A stretch of DNA of 64,000 nucleotides from an uncultured Clostridia bacterium (GCA_937966555.1 CALCLY010000036.1:122116-186115), one strand, 5' to 3'; numbered from the stretch's first letter, positions 28,401 to 37,653 are shown. The notes: generated from the sequence alone by a model not told the origin. Numbers and translations are program-made.

Positions 28401-28664
28401 GAACTGTGCAGAAAGCTTTGTTGCGTCAGAATAACTTCCGCCGGAGTCTGAGTATTGCCACTTATACGTGAATTCTACACCCGCCGTATTGCAGGTGACA
28501 ACCGCATCCGCAACATTTTCTCCCTCCGTATATCCGGTATAGGAAAATGAAACTGCTTCTATCTCTGTTCCCGCCGCACTCGCCGTCACGCCCATGGCGG
28601 GCACGAGGGAAAGCAGCATTGCCAGTGTCAGTAAAACAGAAAAAAATTGTCTTGTCTTTTTCAC
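25470..28664 (-). CDS. Large S-layer-homology (SLH) anchored surface protein with duplicated ~272-aa modules, Flg_new (Listeria-Bacteroides) repeats and a poly-Gly linker.
   Basis: Three C-terminal SLH domains begin at FTDIHKNDWFYDSVKYAYENG, FIDIESGSYYEKAVAWASNNG and YMDNSDISDYAKDAVTWAAEKS. The true start is GTG at 28664 (RBS AAAGGAGGAT 8 nt upstream), giving the signal peptide MKKTRQFFSVLLTLAMLLSLVPAMGVTASA. Confidence 0.85.
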   Translation of the reverse strand: MKKTRQFFSVLLTLAMLLSLVPAMGVTASAAGTEIEAVSFSYTGYTEGENVADAVVTCNTAGVEFTYKWQYSDSGGSYSDATKLSAQFISGIKYTLWIYFKAQDGLALAELNETDVTLGGNNPGVVYTNYTIDEVKYSYGVPFSMSPLGGVTKYIVGFYTQGGKIGDESYRVELVTGTDGKLTAEQVPTPTKEHYIFAGWYTAESGGTLLSLDTVYTDPRNQFYARWVPAVDIDVTFDANGGKVNGKDTDTITIPAADKGKLASLPVPTREGYTFDGWYTAASGGMKITETTVFSEATTVYALWGAIDSVSFSYTGYTEGENVADAVVTCNTAGVEFTYKWQYSDSGGSYSDATKLSAQFISGIKYTLWIYFKAQDGLALAELNETDVTLGGNNPGVVYTNYTIDEVKYSYGVPFSMSPLGGVTKYIVGFYTQGGKIGDESYRVELVTGTDGKLTAEQVPTPTKEHYIFAGWYTAESGGTLLSLDTVYTDSSSEYYARWTENPALTGTATITGTAKFGQTLTASLESGNNTGTLSYQWKRDGSDISGAMNSTYTLVKADIGSTITVEISSSEETGTLTSAATAAVKKADSPGAPTGLNGVNPTTLGGSDGKITGTTTAMEYSTDSNFASPAGTVCSGTEITGLTAGTYYVRIAETDTHFAGATTTVTVPADDVPLTYTATVTPDGKTFAARTVGYGEQTAETFTITNTGTGALASLDVTLTGANADSFTLDKTGFNTNLATSGTTTFTIKPNTGLAAGTYTATVRVTATNLTTIDKTIRFTVNSSGGGGGGGGGGGTTRYTVKFETNGGNAITSSSVTKNSVVKEPTAPAKEGFTFDGWYTDEKLTAKYDFASKVTKDFTLYAKWNENEKPVDPVDPPKPTEWENPFTDIHKNDWFYDSVKYAYENGLMKGVSNTEFAPQSDITRAMFVTILYRMENEPQTAAAAFIDIESGSYYEKAVAWASNNGIIFGISENQFAPNDNITREQMVVMIYRYATFKGYDITTSGSTAYMDNSDISDYAKDAVTWAAEKSIMTGNTDGSFAPKANTTRAQAAAVFMRVLENLK
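26279..26311. repeat. GGC/GGT triplet-repeat tract encoding an 11-residue poly-Gly linker in the SLH protein.
   Basis: ccgccgccaccgccgccgccaccgccgccgg, which is codon GCC/ACC read on the minus strand. It is in-frame slippage-prone. Confidence 0.6.
27195..28553. repeat. Perfect tandem direct duplication inside the SLH gene: 543-bp identical blocks at 27195-27737 and 28011-28553, with a period of 816 bp.
   Basis: Identical 122-aa alternative-frame ORFs (27267..27635 and 27999..28451) and identical DNA were read at an offset of 816 bp. Confidence 0.8.
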
Positions 28665-28692
28665 ATTTATATCCTCCTTTTGATGTGATGTT

Positions 28693-29280
28693 CTACTTGC
28701 CTCCGATATTCCGGCTTGAAATTGCATTACCGCAATACTCGCATTTGCCGGAGCTTCCGGCGCGAATTCTTGTTGTTCCGCTGCATTTTTCACACACAAT
28801 GTTAACAAAGCTTGTTTTACTGCCTTCTCTGCCCGAAAGAATCACGCAGGGCATGCCCTGCTTTTGCAGAGTGCAGTCACAGAATACTCCTTTGCCGAAA
28901 AGCTTCTCAAGCTCGGAAAGTACCTTGAACGGCGGTTTCCCCGATTGCTTTGCAAGCTCGTCAATTGTCACCATGCCGTCAGCATCACACATAAAGATTG
29001 AGTTGTAGCGATATGCAAGACCTGCCCTTCTGCCGTTTTTAATCCCGTTTAACAAAAGCAATCCGGACGGAACAACCATGACTATATTGGTAATCAAGTT
29101 ATCGCGAAGCTCTTCGTTATACCCGGTAACCCCGGAAATAATTCCAAACAGAAAAACCGCCGTGAAGAATCCGCCTATAATCATTTGTATGTGCTTTTTT
29201 AATGTAAGCCTTGCAATTGCCACTTTTGAAATATATGTTCCGCCACCCGAAAAGATTGTTTGATTCGTCTTCATTTTCAC
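28693..29280 (-). CDS. Membrane protein (2-3 TM) with a C-terminal CxxC...CxxC zinc ribbon.
   Basis: 195 aa with C-terminal CEKCSGTTRIRAGSSGKCEYCG. It lies 29 bp upstream of the SLH gene start. Confidence 0.5.
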   Translation of the reverse strand: MKMKTNQTIFSGGGTYISKVAIARLTLKKHIQMIIGGFFTAVFLFGIISGVTGYNEELRDNLITNIVMVVPSGLLLLNGIKNGRRAGLAYRYNSIFMCDADGMVTIDELAKQSGKPPFKVLSELEKLFGKGVFCDCTLQKQGMPCVILSGREGSKTSFVNIVCEKCSGTTRIRAGSSGKCEYCGNAISSRNIGGK

Positions 29281-30125
29281 TGCCTCCGAAATGCCATCAT
29301 TCCCACTCCGATGATTGCAAGCAATATACCGGTTACTATGCCGAAAATCGAGCCGCCGCGCACTCCTTTTTTGTTCTCCCCGGCAAATTCTTCTGCTGTC
29401 ATAATTCCCTTAACGGTTGTAACCGAATCCACATCCTCGGCTTCTATCAGGGTATCGCCTTTTTGTACGCCGACAATCGTATATTCGAGCGGATCGTCGG
29501 GCGAAACGATGCCGTAGGATATTTTTTGAGATCCGTATCCCGTCGATGAGTACATACCTGTTGATTTTTTCGGCAGCCAATTTTCTTTTGAAACGCAGTA
29601 GCTGCTTTCTCTTCCGCCCGAAAGCACCTTCCAGCCCGCATTGAGGCTCTTCTCGTCATATTGCGTAAATTCGGTGTTTCTTATAAGCGGATTGAGCAGC
29701 TTGCTTTCCACCTTAAATTCTCCGAGTAGGGTAGGTGCGGCGAGCATGGTTGATGTAAGTATCTCGGCGTTTATTCCAAAATTCGCCTTTTCGCTGTAGT
29801 CTGTATTCTCCGGATACCAGTCCCACACTTTTTCATCACCGCTGCCGGTATCCTGTTTATAAGTCCAAACCGTTCTTTTCGCCGTTACTCCGGGAAGCTT
29901 AACGCCCGTTATGGGATCCTGAAGCTGTTCGGCAGGTTTAAGAGTTCCCGAAACAACCACAAGCTTTCCCTCGTTTTCGGGAGTAAGCTTGCCGTCTTTA
30001 ATCGTTGGCGCAGCTTTGATTTTCTCATAGGACTGCGGTGCTGACACAAGAGCTTTTATGGCAAGCGAAGCAAAGAGCAAGCCTCCTATAATCAGTATAA
30101 CGCCGATTATTTTTTTCATAGTCAT
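29277..30125 (-). CDS. Bitopic membrane protein with N- and C-terminal TM helices and a large extracytoplasmic domain.
   Basis: 282 aa. Its stop overlaps the downstream start by 4 bp. Confidence 0.5.
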   Translation of the reverse strand: MTMKKIIGVILIIGGLLFASLAIKALVSAPQSYEKIKAAPTIKDGKLTPENEGKLVVVSGTLKPAEQLQDPITGVKLPGVTAKRTVWTYKQDTGSGDEKVWDWYPENTDYSEKANFGINAEILTSTMLAAPTLLGEFKVESKLLNPLIRNTEFTQYDEKSLNAGWKVLSGGRESSYCVSKENWLPKKSTGMYSSTGYGSQKISYGIVSPDDPLEYTIVGVQKGDTLIEAEDVDSVTTVKGIMTAEEFAGENKKGVRGGSIFGIVTGILLAIIGVGMMAFRRQ

Positions 30126-30140
30126 TCCTCCGTTCTGTAG

Positions 30141-31313
30141 CTATTCAAGCTTATTCGCCTGATTTTTATATTCGTCCTGTATAAATTTCGCGTCCTTGTC
30201 GCTAAGTGCGTTTATAACCGTGCCGAGTGCGTCAAACTGCGCTCTTGTGCAGTGCACCGCAACAGGTTTGCAGGCATATCCGCGCGTCATACGTCCTAAA
30301 TTTTCGTTTTTTACAAGTCCGAGCATAACTTCATAAAGCTCATCCGTATTGAAATAGGTTGCTTTTGCCTTCCATGCGTCATAGTTCTCCTCGGATTTGT
30401 TGATAAAGCTTGTTACGGCTGCCCATGCGGGAACTTTGTCGCTGCCCGGTGTGGTTTTAAAGTAGTCCATCGTGGCTCTGTATGCCGCCTCGCTTGTGTT
30501 TTCGTGTGACGGATAATCATACCACAGCCAAACAAGACCTTTTACACCGCTTGAATGAAGGTCTGCGTCAGCCTCGTTTTTCAGCATTTCCGAGATAGGC
30601 GCAACCACCCTGTCATCACCGAGGAGACCGGCATACTCATACGCTGCCTTCCGAACATCGTTATCCGAATCTTTCATCAGCTCGATTTCCGCATCAACCG
30701 CTCCGTTAAGAGTCTTGTTCCATGTGCTTCCGAGAGCAACCGCCGCCTGCCTTCTTACAACTGCGTTTTCATTCTTTGCCGCATCAAGCAGGAATTTGCC
30801 GATTTCTGCATCCTTGCCGCCTTCATTTCCAAGAGCTTTTACCGCACATTTAATAACATAAGGCTCTTTTTCGGTTTTCAGAATCTCCTTTGCCGACGCT
30901 TTATGCGAATCACTTACCCCGAAAAATGTGGCGATGTTTGAAAAAGCATAGCCTCTTACCTGCGGTGCATCGCTTTTTAAAAGAGGCTCAACAAATTCCT
31001 TTGCCGCAGGGAGTGTTGCCTTGTTATCCTTAAGCTTTTTGATTGCTTTGTCTGTTATATTTTCATCAAGCTCAAGCTTATTGTTGATTGTTGCATATGA
31101 ATATGTGGAAGCAAGATTTACAAATTCGTCCAAGGTTATATTCTGCTCATCTTTAATAAACTCTTTTATCAGATCGTCCTCTGTCATATTTGCGTAGTCA
31201 ATCTTTTTGGTTTCCTGCTTTGTTTCGGTTTCTTTTCCGGTATTTTCACCGCCGCACGCAGCGAGCGAAAATACCATTCCTACAGCTAAAATGAACGCTA
31301 ATATTTTTTTCAT
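30141..31313 (-). CDS. Lipoprotein with HEAT-like (PBS-lyase-type) repeats.
   Basis: Lipobox LAACGG after the signal peptide. Repeats resemble PQVRGYAFSNIA, VRRQAAVALGS and NDVRKAAYEYAG. Confidence 0.55.
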   Translation of the reverse strand: MKKILAFILAVGMVFSLAACGGENTGKETETKQETKKIDYANMTEDDLIKEFIKDEQNITLDEFVNLASTYSYATINNKLELDENITDKAIKKLKDNKATLPAAKEFVEPLLKSDAPQVRGYAFSNIATFFGVSDSHKASAKEILKTEKEPYVIKCAVKALGNEGGKDAEIGKFLLDAAKNENAVVRRQAAVALGSTWNKTLNGAVDAEIELMKDSDNDVRKAAYEYAGLLGDDRVVAPISEMLKNEADADLHSSGVKGLVWLWYDYPSHENTSEAAYRATMDYFKTTPGSDKVPAWAAVTSFINKSEENYDAWKAKATYFNTDELYEVMLGLVKNENLGRMTRGYACKPVAVHCTRAQFDALGTVINALSDKDAKFIQDEYKNQANKLE

Positions 31314-31337
31314 AATATAAAATTCCTCCTGATTCTT

Positions 31338-32663
31338 TTATTGTTTATCATTATCGTCAAATATGTCGCCGCATTCAGGGCAGAATTTCGGCGGATTTTT
31401 GGGATCTTCAGGCTCCCAGCCGCATTTATCGCATTTATAGGTCGGTGCGCCCGCAGGTTTCGGATTCCCACAGTTTTGGCAGAACCTACCCTTGTTGACC
31501 GTTCCGCACGAACACGTCCAGCCGTCGGGCGATGCCTGCGGTTTTCCGCAATTCATACAGAATTTCCCGGTATTGCCCGTCTGACCGCATTCACAGCTCC
31601 AGCCTGCCGCTTGAGGCTGCTGTGCCTGCTGCTGAGACTGCTGTTGCTGCTGACCCATCGCAAAAAGATTGCCCGCATTCATACCGCCTGCATTCTGCGC
31701 CATACTCATTCCGAAAAAGCCGCCCATTGCGCCCATTCCGCCTTCGTTTGCCGCTGCCGTTCTCATAGCGTCTGTCTGCCCGCCGACTATGCGCGCCGCC
31801 GCAATATTCGGATTGGTTGTCATAACGTTTTCTTCCCATTCGGTAATCTTTTTTCTCTGGTCATCCGGGATAGATACACCGTTAATGCTTACGGCAAAGA
31901 GCTCGATTCCGCGCTTTTCCTTCCACTCAACTTTAAGCTCCTCGGAAAGAGCCTTTGTAACCTCTTTTGTATGTGCAGGAATTTCCGAATACATTATTTT
32001 CATTGCCGAAATCTGCGCAAATGCCGGTCTCAGAGCGTCCAAAAGCTCACTCTTTAACATTTCGTCAATTTCCGAACGGCTGTATACATATTCCACATTA
32101 CCGCTTACGTTTGTATAAAACATAACAGGGTCGGCTATTTTATAGGAATACACACCGTTACACCTTAAATCCACCGACAGCTTATAGTTCATCGATTCAT
32201 CTATAGTCACCCTGAATGGCACGGGAGAGGAGGTGCCGAATTTATTGCCGGTAATTTCCTTTGTGTTGAAATAATAAACCCTCTGATCCTTGCCCGGTTC
32301 GCCGCCGAAAGTAAAACGCTTGCCTACCTGCTGAAAGCTTTGTTTAATGCTTTCGCCTAAGTTGCCGCAAAAAATGCTCGGCTCGGTTGAATTATCATAA
32401 ACAAACTCACCCGCCTCGGCGCAAAATTCAACAATTTTGCCCGATTCCACGATAATCATGCTCTGTCCTTCGTTTACCGAAATGATAGAACCGTTTGAAA
32501 TAATGTTGTCGTCTCCCTTTTTGTTGGAGCTTCTTTTTCCCACTCGTTTTTCACCTTTTGCCACAAGTGTGTCGGCATCTAAACTTTCGCAGTAGAAAAA
32601 TTCTCTCCACTGGTCAGCCAAAACACCGCCAAGAGCGCCTGCGCCCGCTTTTAAAAGTCCCAT
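31338..32663 (-). CDS. SPFH/band-7 (flotillin-like, YdjI-type) protein with a Gln-rich linker and four C-terminal zinc-ribbon motifs.
   Basis: 441 aa. The four ribbons are WSCECGQTGNTGKFCMNCG, WTCSCGTVNKGRFCQNCG, YKCDKCGW and FCPECG. The body resembles the B. subtilis YdjI class. Confidence 0.65.
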   Translation of the reverse strand: MGLLKAGAGALGGVLADQWREFFYCESLDADTLVAKGEKRVGKRSSNKKGDDNIISNGSIISVNEGQSMIIVESGKIVEFCAEAGEFVYDNSTEPSIFCGNLGESIKQSFQQVGKRFTFGGEPGKDQRVYYFNTKEITGNKFGTSSPVPFRVTIDESMNYKLSVDLRCNGVYSYKIADPVMFYTNVSGNVEYVYSRSEIDEMLKSELLDALRPAFAQISAMKIMYSEIPAHTKEVTKALSEELKVEWKEKRGIELFAVSINGVSIPDDQRKKITEWEENVMTTNPNIAAARIVGGQTDAMRTAAANEGGMGAMGGFFGMSMAQNAGGMNAGNLFAMGQQQQQSQQQAQQPQAAGWSCECGQTGNTGKFCMNCGKPQASPDGWTCSCGTVNKGRFCQNCGNPKPAGAPTYKCDKCGWEPEDPKNPPKFCPECGDIFDDNDKQ

Positions 32664-32687
32664 AATTCTGTTCTCCTCTCAAAATTT

Positions 32688-33236
32688 TTATTCTTTATAG
32701 TCTGTTATATCCCATATATCGGGTGTACATATCAGCCTGCCGTTTTCATCCGTATCAAGCGTGATTTTGTGTCCGCCGCGTATGACGATATAAATTTCAA
32801 CATTGCCGCCGCAGTTTATTATATACGGTGTGCCGTCATCTGCTTTTTGCAAATTTTTCTTATCGCCGTTTTGAATCAGCTCGTTTTCCTCTCCGTACCG
32901 CGGAATAACAAGATACCATTTTTCTCCGCCGTAATCATAATGACTGATTGCCCGGCGTTTTTCCTCGGAAAGCTCCGAAAAAAGCTTTTCTATATATTCA
33001 TTTGCCGTATTTTTGCCGGTTTCTCCCTCTCCGAGATATGCGACCGCCCAATAGGGATAGTCCTCGATTTCATCGAACGGAAGAGTATTTGCGTATTCTG
33101 TACGATGCTCACTGTCAACATACACCATGCCCGGTCCGTCCAGTATAAAAGGGTTTTCTCCGGGAGCCCTGCATCCGAAAAGACCGGCAATAACCGTAAA
33201 TATCGCAATTGCTTTCATCAGCCTTACCTTAATCAC
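32688..33236 (-). CDS. Putative lipoprotein (182 aa).
   Basis: Signal peptide plus Cys (IAGLFGCRAPG). Confidence 0.5.
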   Translation of the reverse strand: MIKVRLMKAIAIFTVIAGLFGCRAPGENPFILDGPGMVYVDSEHRTEYANTLPFDEIEDYPYWAVAYLGEGETGKNTANEYIEKLFSELSEEKRRAISHYDYGGEKWYLVIPRYGEENELIQNGDKKNLQKADDGTPYIINCGGNVEIYIVIRGGHKITLDTDENGRLICTPDIWDITDYKE

Positions 33237-34426
33237 CCTTTCGGCAATTCAATTCGCATATCGTAGCAAAGAATTCTCGAAATAAGAGCCGCCGCTTCAC
33301 TGCGTTTTACCTGTGAATCCGGATAGAACGCCATGTATTCATTGCTTCCCACTGCGATCCCTTTATTATAAAGATCCAAAATTTCATATGCGAAGGGCGT
33401 TGTGTCATAAACGTCCGGAATATCGGTTATCGGAACATCGTTTATAAAATACGGATTGACGTCGCACCGTGAAAACAGATATGCCATCTGTGCACGCGTT
33501 GCGTTTTTCTCCCAATCGAAGATAATATGATCTTCAAGTATTGCTTTGTCATAGCAATAATCCACATAAACATCATACCAGTTTTCACCGGTCATTTGGA
33601 ATTCAACTTCCTCTCCTTCGTATTGGCTTTTCTTGTGAATTACCGCGGCAATTTTGGCTGCCTCCGCGCAGGTAAGCCCTGCATTCGGGTCAAATTCTCT
33701 TTTGTTTTTCCCGTTTAAGATGCCAAAGCTGTACGCCGTCTGCACATAAGAATAGTACCATGCGTCCGGCGATATGTCCGCAAACGGCAGAGAGGTATTC
33801 TCCAGATATTTGCTTCCTTTAAAACCACAGTCCTCGCAGTATATCATGTTTTCACCGAAAATACCCTTTTCCGTCATACTCTCAACAAGCGCAGTATGCA
33901 TAAGTGAAAAACTAAAATTCCCGTCACCCTTTGCATCGGATATTTTTTCGTACATCACATGCTCATCTGCCGTGCACGGGATATAAAATTGTATAAATCC
34001 GGTTCCGGCAAACACATCAAAATCAAACGTTATTTCCTCTGAATTCAATGTAACCTCATTAAGATTTGCGCAGTTGGCAAAAGCGCGCTCACCAATATTT
34101 TTCACACTTGACGGAATATATGCACTTTCGGCATTGCAGCCTTCAAATGCATTTGTGTTTATCAATTCAATTCCTTCAGCAACGGATATGGCTTCAAGTC
34201 CTAAGTCAAAACAAGCCATAACACCGATTTCATTGATTTTTGTTCCGTCTATTTCTGCCGGGAAAAAGGCAAATTCATCACCGTAATAAGCGGTAATTAC
34301 TCCATCCTTTGTGTATTCATACATACCGTCTGCCGATTTGAATGTTTCCCATTCCGCACTGACAACAGTGCTGCTTAAGATCAGCAGTGCTGCAAGCAAT
34401 AACGATAGTTTTTTCACGTTTTGCAC
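33233..34426 (-). CDS. Secreted protein with BspA-type leucine-rich repeats and SLH-like C-terminal domains.
   Basis: The LRR block reads NAFEGCNAESAYIPSSVKNIGERAFANCANLNEVTL. The SLH-like segment is SPDAWYYSYVQTAYSFGILNG...LTCAEAAKIAAVI. Confidence 0.6.
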   Translation of the reverse strand: MQNVKKLSLLLAALLILSSTVVSAEWETFKSADGMYEYTKDGVITAYYGDEFAFFPAEIDGTKINEIGVMACFDLGLEAISVAEGIELINTNAFEGCNAESAYIPSSVKNIGERAFANCANLNEVTLNSEEITFDFDVFAGTGFIQFYIPCTADEHVMYEKISDAKGDGNFSFSLMHTALVESMTEKGIFGENMIYCEDCGFKGSKYLENTSLPFADISPDAWYYSYVQTAYSFGILNGKNKREFDPNAGLTCAEAAKIAAVIHKKSQYEGEEVEFQMTGENWYDVYVDYCYDKAILEDHIIFDWEKNATRAQMAYLFSRCDVNPYFINDVPITDIPDVYDTTPFAYEILDLYNKGIAVGSNEYMAFYPDSQVKRSEAAALISRILCYDMRIELPKG

Positions 34427-34432
34427 CTCCCG

Positions 34433-35302
34433 CTACTTTATTTTGGCTTCCGCATCGTCCGCGCGTCTTGTGTAAACCGCCATGCCGCCGGTCGCTGCGT
34501 CATTCATAGCATTTATGCCTTCCTTCAGTTTTTCTTTGTCTGCCTCCGTTATGGCTTCCTCACCTTTTGTTGCAGCCTTAAAAGCCGTTCCGAATGCCGC
34601 CGCCATTCCAATCGCTGCCGCATCCTCTCTTTTTTCCGCCTTGCTTCTGCCGAAGCCGAATAACCCTCTTTCGTCATCGTGAACGCCGAAAATATAGTCA
34701 AAATGCTGCTTTGCATTGTGCGCATATTGTACGTCTGAACGATTGTTCTTGCTGAAGCAGATTTTAAGCTCCTGCTTAATATAAGGGTGAGGACGCAGTC
34801 CTTTTTTGTTATCCGTATTCACCCTGCTCATATTTCCGCCCAACAGTTTGATTTTCAAGCCGCAGCCCTTAAACTCGGGCTGTTTGCCCGGCTCGGTTGC
34901 GGGTGTTTCATCTACATATTCCTCATAGCTTGCCACCTGATCGTAGCGGAAAAGCTCTTTCATCTTGCCTCTGCTCGTGTCGCTTCTGTATACAATTCTG
35001 AACATTCCCAGCTCGTCGCAAAATTCAATGCCCATATCATTAAGCGTGGACGGATATGTGCTTTTTTTGCCCTCCTTTGAGTAAACCTCTTCAAACAGTC
35101 TGTTCTGGCGCTTCATGTACTCAATGTGTCCCTTGATTTCGTCAAGCGTAAGCTCGCTTAAACGAATGTATTTTGAACACAGGTTTCCGCATTCGCTGCA
35201 GATAAATTCCTTGTTCTTGATTTTCGAGCGGTGCATCACGCCACACTCTTTGCCGCATAGTGCGCAGGTTTTTTTACCGAAAATATTTTTAAAGAATCCC
35301 AT
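34433..35302 (-). CDS. Zinc-ribbon protein (N-terminal CxxC x2) of unknown function.
   Basis: 289 aa with the motif CALCGKECG...CSECGNLC. Confidence 0.5.
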   Translation of the reverse strand: MGFFKNIFGKKTCALCGKECGVMHRSKIKNKEFICSECGNLCSKYIRLSELTLDEIKGHIEYMKRQNRLFEEVYSKEGKKSTYPSTLNDMGIEFCDELGMFRIVYRSDTSRGKMKELFRYDQVASYEEYVDETPATEPGKQPEFKGCGLKIKLLGGNMSRVNTDNKKGLRPHPYIKQELKICFSKNNRSDVQYAHNAKQHFDYIFGVHDDERGLFGFGRSKAEKREDAAAIGMAAAFGTAFKAATKGEEAITEADKEKLKEGINAMNDAATGGMAVYTRRADDAEAKIK

Positions 35303-35320
35303 TTTTCAACCTCCAATGAT

Positions 35321-36100
35321 TTAATAGCTTCCGCCCCTGCCGCCGTGGGTTTCGCCCGACGACGATGTGTGGGTTCCGGAATTGTTTTTTTGTTTTTCCG
35401 TTTTTGTGACCGTACTGTAAAGAAATATATCCCTTGAATCATGCATATTCATGCTTCCGGGCTTCATGTAATCGGACGCATAATCCTGTTTTACGGCTGT
35501 TTTCATTTTTTCCAGCTGCTTTTTCGTCATGTAATACGCCAGAAGCAGCGGAAGGAGCAGCGCTCCGCCGATTACGCAAAGAAGGTAGCCTAAGGTATAC
35601 TGTTTTTCGTTAAAGATATTGCCGCTGCTTGCCATGCCCAGAAGCTTTTCCGATTGTTCGAAAAACGCCTCTGCCGCGGCATCGAAGTTATCCTCCTTGA
35701 GAAAGGGCAAAACTTGTTTTTCCATATACGCCAAGCCGTTTTTATTAAAATATTTGATACCCTTGCCGTGTGTTGAGAAATGATACGCTCTCGGCATTTC
35801 GGAAATGTAAAGAATAATACCGTCTTTTTCCGCGCCGCAGCCGTAGCCGCCGTAGTCGAAAATATCGTCTGCGCGGCTTTCCGCATCATCGCCCGACATG
35901 TATTCCTCCGTGTATATCGCTACGTCAAAATTGTATTTGCTTCTTATTGCGTCGGCTTTTTTCGAGAGCTTGTCAAATTCGCTTTCCGACAAAAGCTCCG
36001 CCTCGTCCGTAATCGACGGATTTGCAAAATCCGCAAGGGCTCCGAAAGCCGACGTAAGCAAAAGAATAGCCGCCAAAAACGATAAAAGTATTTTTTTCAT
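35321..36100 (-). CDS. TPM-domain (TLP18.3/Psb32/MOLO-1) protein with a C-terminal TM helix and Gly-rich tail. YdjH-like.
   Basis: TDEAELLSESEFDKLSKKADAIRSKYNFDVAIYTEEY...DGIILYIS. The start is trimmed to MKKILLSF (RBS GGAGGCGGCAGGC). Confidence 0.7.
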   Translation of the reverse strand: MKKILLSFLAAILLLTSAFGALADFANPSITDEAELLSESEFDKLSKKADAIRSKYNFDVAIYTEEYMSGDDAESRADDIFDYGGYGCGAEKDGIILYISEMPRAYHFSTHGKGIKYFNKNGLAYMEKQVLPFLKEDNFDAAAEAFFEQSEKLLGMASSGNIFNEKQYTLGYLLCVIGGALLLPLLLAYYMTKKQLEKMKTAVKQDYASDYMKPGSMNMHDSRDIFLYSTVTKTEKQKNNSGTHTSSSGETHGGRGGSY

Positions 36101-36113
36101 GCCTGCCGCCTCC

Positions 36114-37193
36114 TCAGTGTAACAGGAAATATGCAATTACCGCCGCAGCAACGTACGCGATGCCTGCAATTTTCGCAAAATATATGTTTTTCTTCTTTTT
36201 GTCAACGGGGTATTCTCCCACCACCTTGCCCGTCTGCCCGTTTATGGCGAATTTGTACATTGTATTCATGTACTTGATGTTGAGCATCCACACCGGAAGC
36301 AGCGAATATCTGATTTTACCGCCTGAAAAGCTTATTCTCGTGCTTTCGGGAATTACCGCCGCATAGCCGCCCGTGGTTTCACGAAATACCGAAACCGTCG
36401 ATGCCTTGACGCGCTCGTTTGCTCTTTCTATGCTATCCTCCGCCGTAACGTCGTATTTGTCCGCCAGATATCCCGAAAGATACGCTCCGTTAAAAACGAC
36501 GGCGTCCTCGTAATTGAAGGGCTCGACAGCCTCCATATATGCGTTGTCCGCCTTTTTCGAGCCGTCAACGGGGATATTGGCAAAGCCGACGCTGCCGCTT
36601 CTGAAAAGTCTGTAATAATCGGTTTTTGTATAATTGTAGCTCGAATCGCTCCAGCTTGTAACCCTCTGCGCGCTGTATGTAATCGCCGCGTTGCAGTCGC
36701 AGTCAAACATCCAGAACGGTACGTAAACACCTGCCATTTCTTCTATTTTCTTTTTTACCTTAAATTCGTCCGGCAGAAACGGCGCATTTTTAAAATCATC
36801 TTCAAACGCCGCCGTTGCCGCTTTTTTATCCTTTTTGAACGGAATGATGTAATCGGGGCGGAGCGTTCCCTCAAACTGTCCCTTGATTACCGCGGCGTCG
36901 CCGCAATAAGGGCATACGGTAGAGCCCATGGTGTCATCGCCCGTTATTTCAGCGCCGCATGAAGGGCAGGTGTAGCTTGCAAGATCAATTTCTCCGTCCG
37001 CTTCATAATTTCTCGGCTCGTAGCTCTCCCAGTCATATTTTGATTCACCCTGCATTTCGGCGTTCGCATCGTCGATTTGCCGCATAGCGTCAAGCTCAAA
37101 ATTGTTTCCGCAGGAATCGCAGTGCAGCGATTCGTTTTTGAAAACCAGCGCAGCTCCGCAGCAGGGACATTTATAGCTTTGTACAGTTTCCAT
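36114..37193 (-). CDS. Double zinc-ribbon protein with a C-terminal TM anchor. YdjG-like.
   Basis: 359 aa with CPCCGA...CDSCGN and CPSCGA...CPYCGD. Confidence 0.6.
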   Translation of the reverse strand: METVQSYKCPCCGAALVFKNESLHCDSCGNNFELDAMRQIDDANAEMQGESKYDWESYEPRNYEADGEIDLASYTCPSCGAEITGDDTMGSTVCPYCGDAAVIKGQFEGTLRPDYIIPFKKDKKAATAAFEDDFKNAPFLPDEFKVKKKIEEMAGVYVPFWMFDCDCNAAITYSAQRVTSWSDSSYNYTKTDYYRLFRSGSVGFANIPVDGSKKADNAYMEAVEPFNYEDAVVFNGAYLSGYLADKYDVTAEDSIERANERVKASTVSVFRETTGGYAAVIPESTRISFSGGKIRYSLLPVWMLNIKYMNTMYKFAINGQTGKVVGEYPVDKKKKNIYFAKIAGIAYVAAAVIAYFLLH

Positions 37194-37263
37194 TGTTTCC
37201 CTCCTTTTTGCCCGGCCGCTCCCCGTGTCCGTTTTCGGGCAGGGGAGCGGCTGACACTTTTGC

Positions 37264-37653
37264 CTATGCCTTGTTTTTTGCCGCTCCGATTATGTATAAA
37301 ATCGGAACAATCAAACCCGAGGCATAACTCATGATATTGAATTTGCTGCCGACTACGTTTGACATAACGTTTCCGGCTACGCTGAGCAGAGCCACAATAA
37401 CGCCCATAACAAGGCACGCCTGTGCCTTTTCCGGCTTCTCGCAGTTTTTCACGCCCATAATCCCCGCTATCAGCTGGAACACGGCGCCGGCGAGAATAAG
37501 AACACTTGCAAGCGTCAGAGTACCCGTGCTTGTGTCAAGCAGCGCCGCCATTGTTGCCACACTGACAAGAGCGACAATACCTCCGATGATACCGAACGCG
37601 CTGCCGATAATCATCAGAATTCCCGTGACCTTCAAAAATTGCTTTCCTTTCAT
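37264..37653 (-). CDS. Small polytopic membrane protein (4 TM).
   Basis: 129 aa, hydrophobic throughout. Confidence 0.5.
   Translation of the reverse strand: MKGKQFLKVTGILMIIGSAFGIIGGIVALVSVATMAALLDTSTGTLTLASVLILAGAVFQLIAGIMGVKNCEKPEKAQACLVMGVIVALLSVAGNVMSNVVGSKFNIMSYASGLIVPILYIIGAAKNKA

Noticed and set aside
28693-28808. N-terminal 48-codon extension of the SLH surface-protein ORF (annotated ATG at 28808).
   Set aside because: The extension overlaps the upstream gene and lacks an RBS. A GTG at 28664 with a perfect AAAGGAGGAT RBS gives a classic signal peptide (MKKTRQFF...).
31341-32118. 238-aa and 149-aa plus-strand ORFs antisense to the SPFH gene.
   Set aside because: They are shadow ORFs in a GC-rich coding region with Arg/Leu-rich low-complexity translations.
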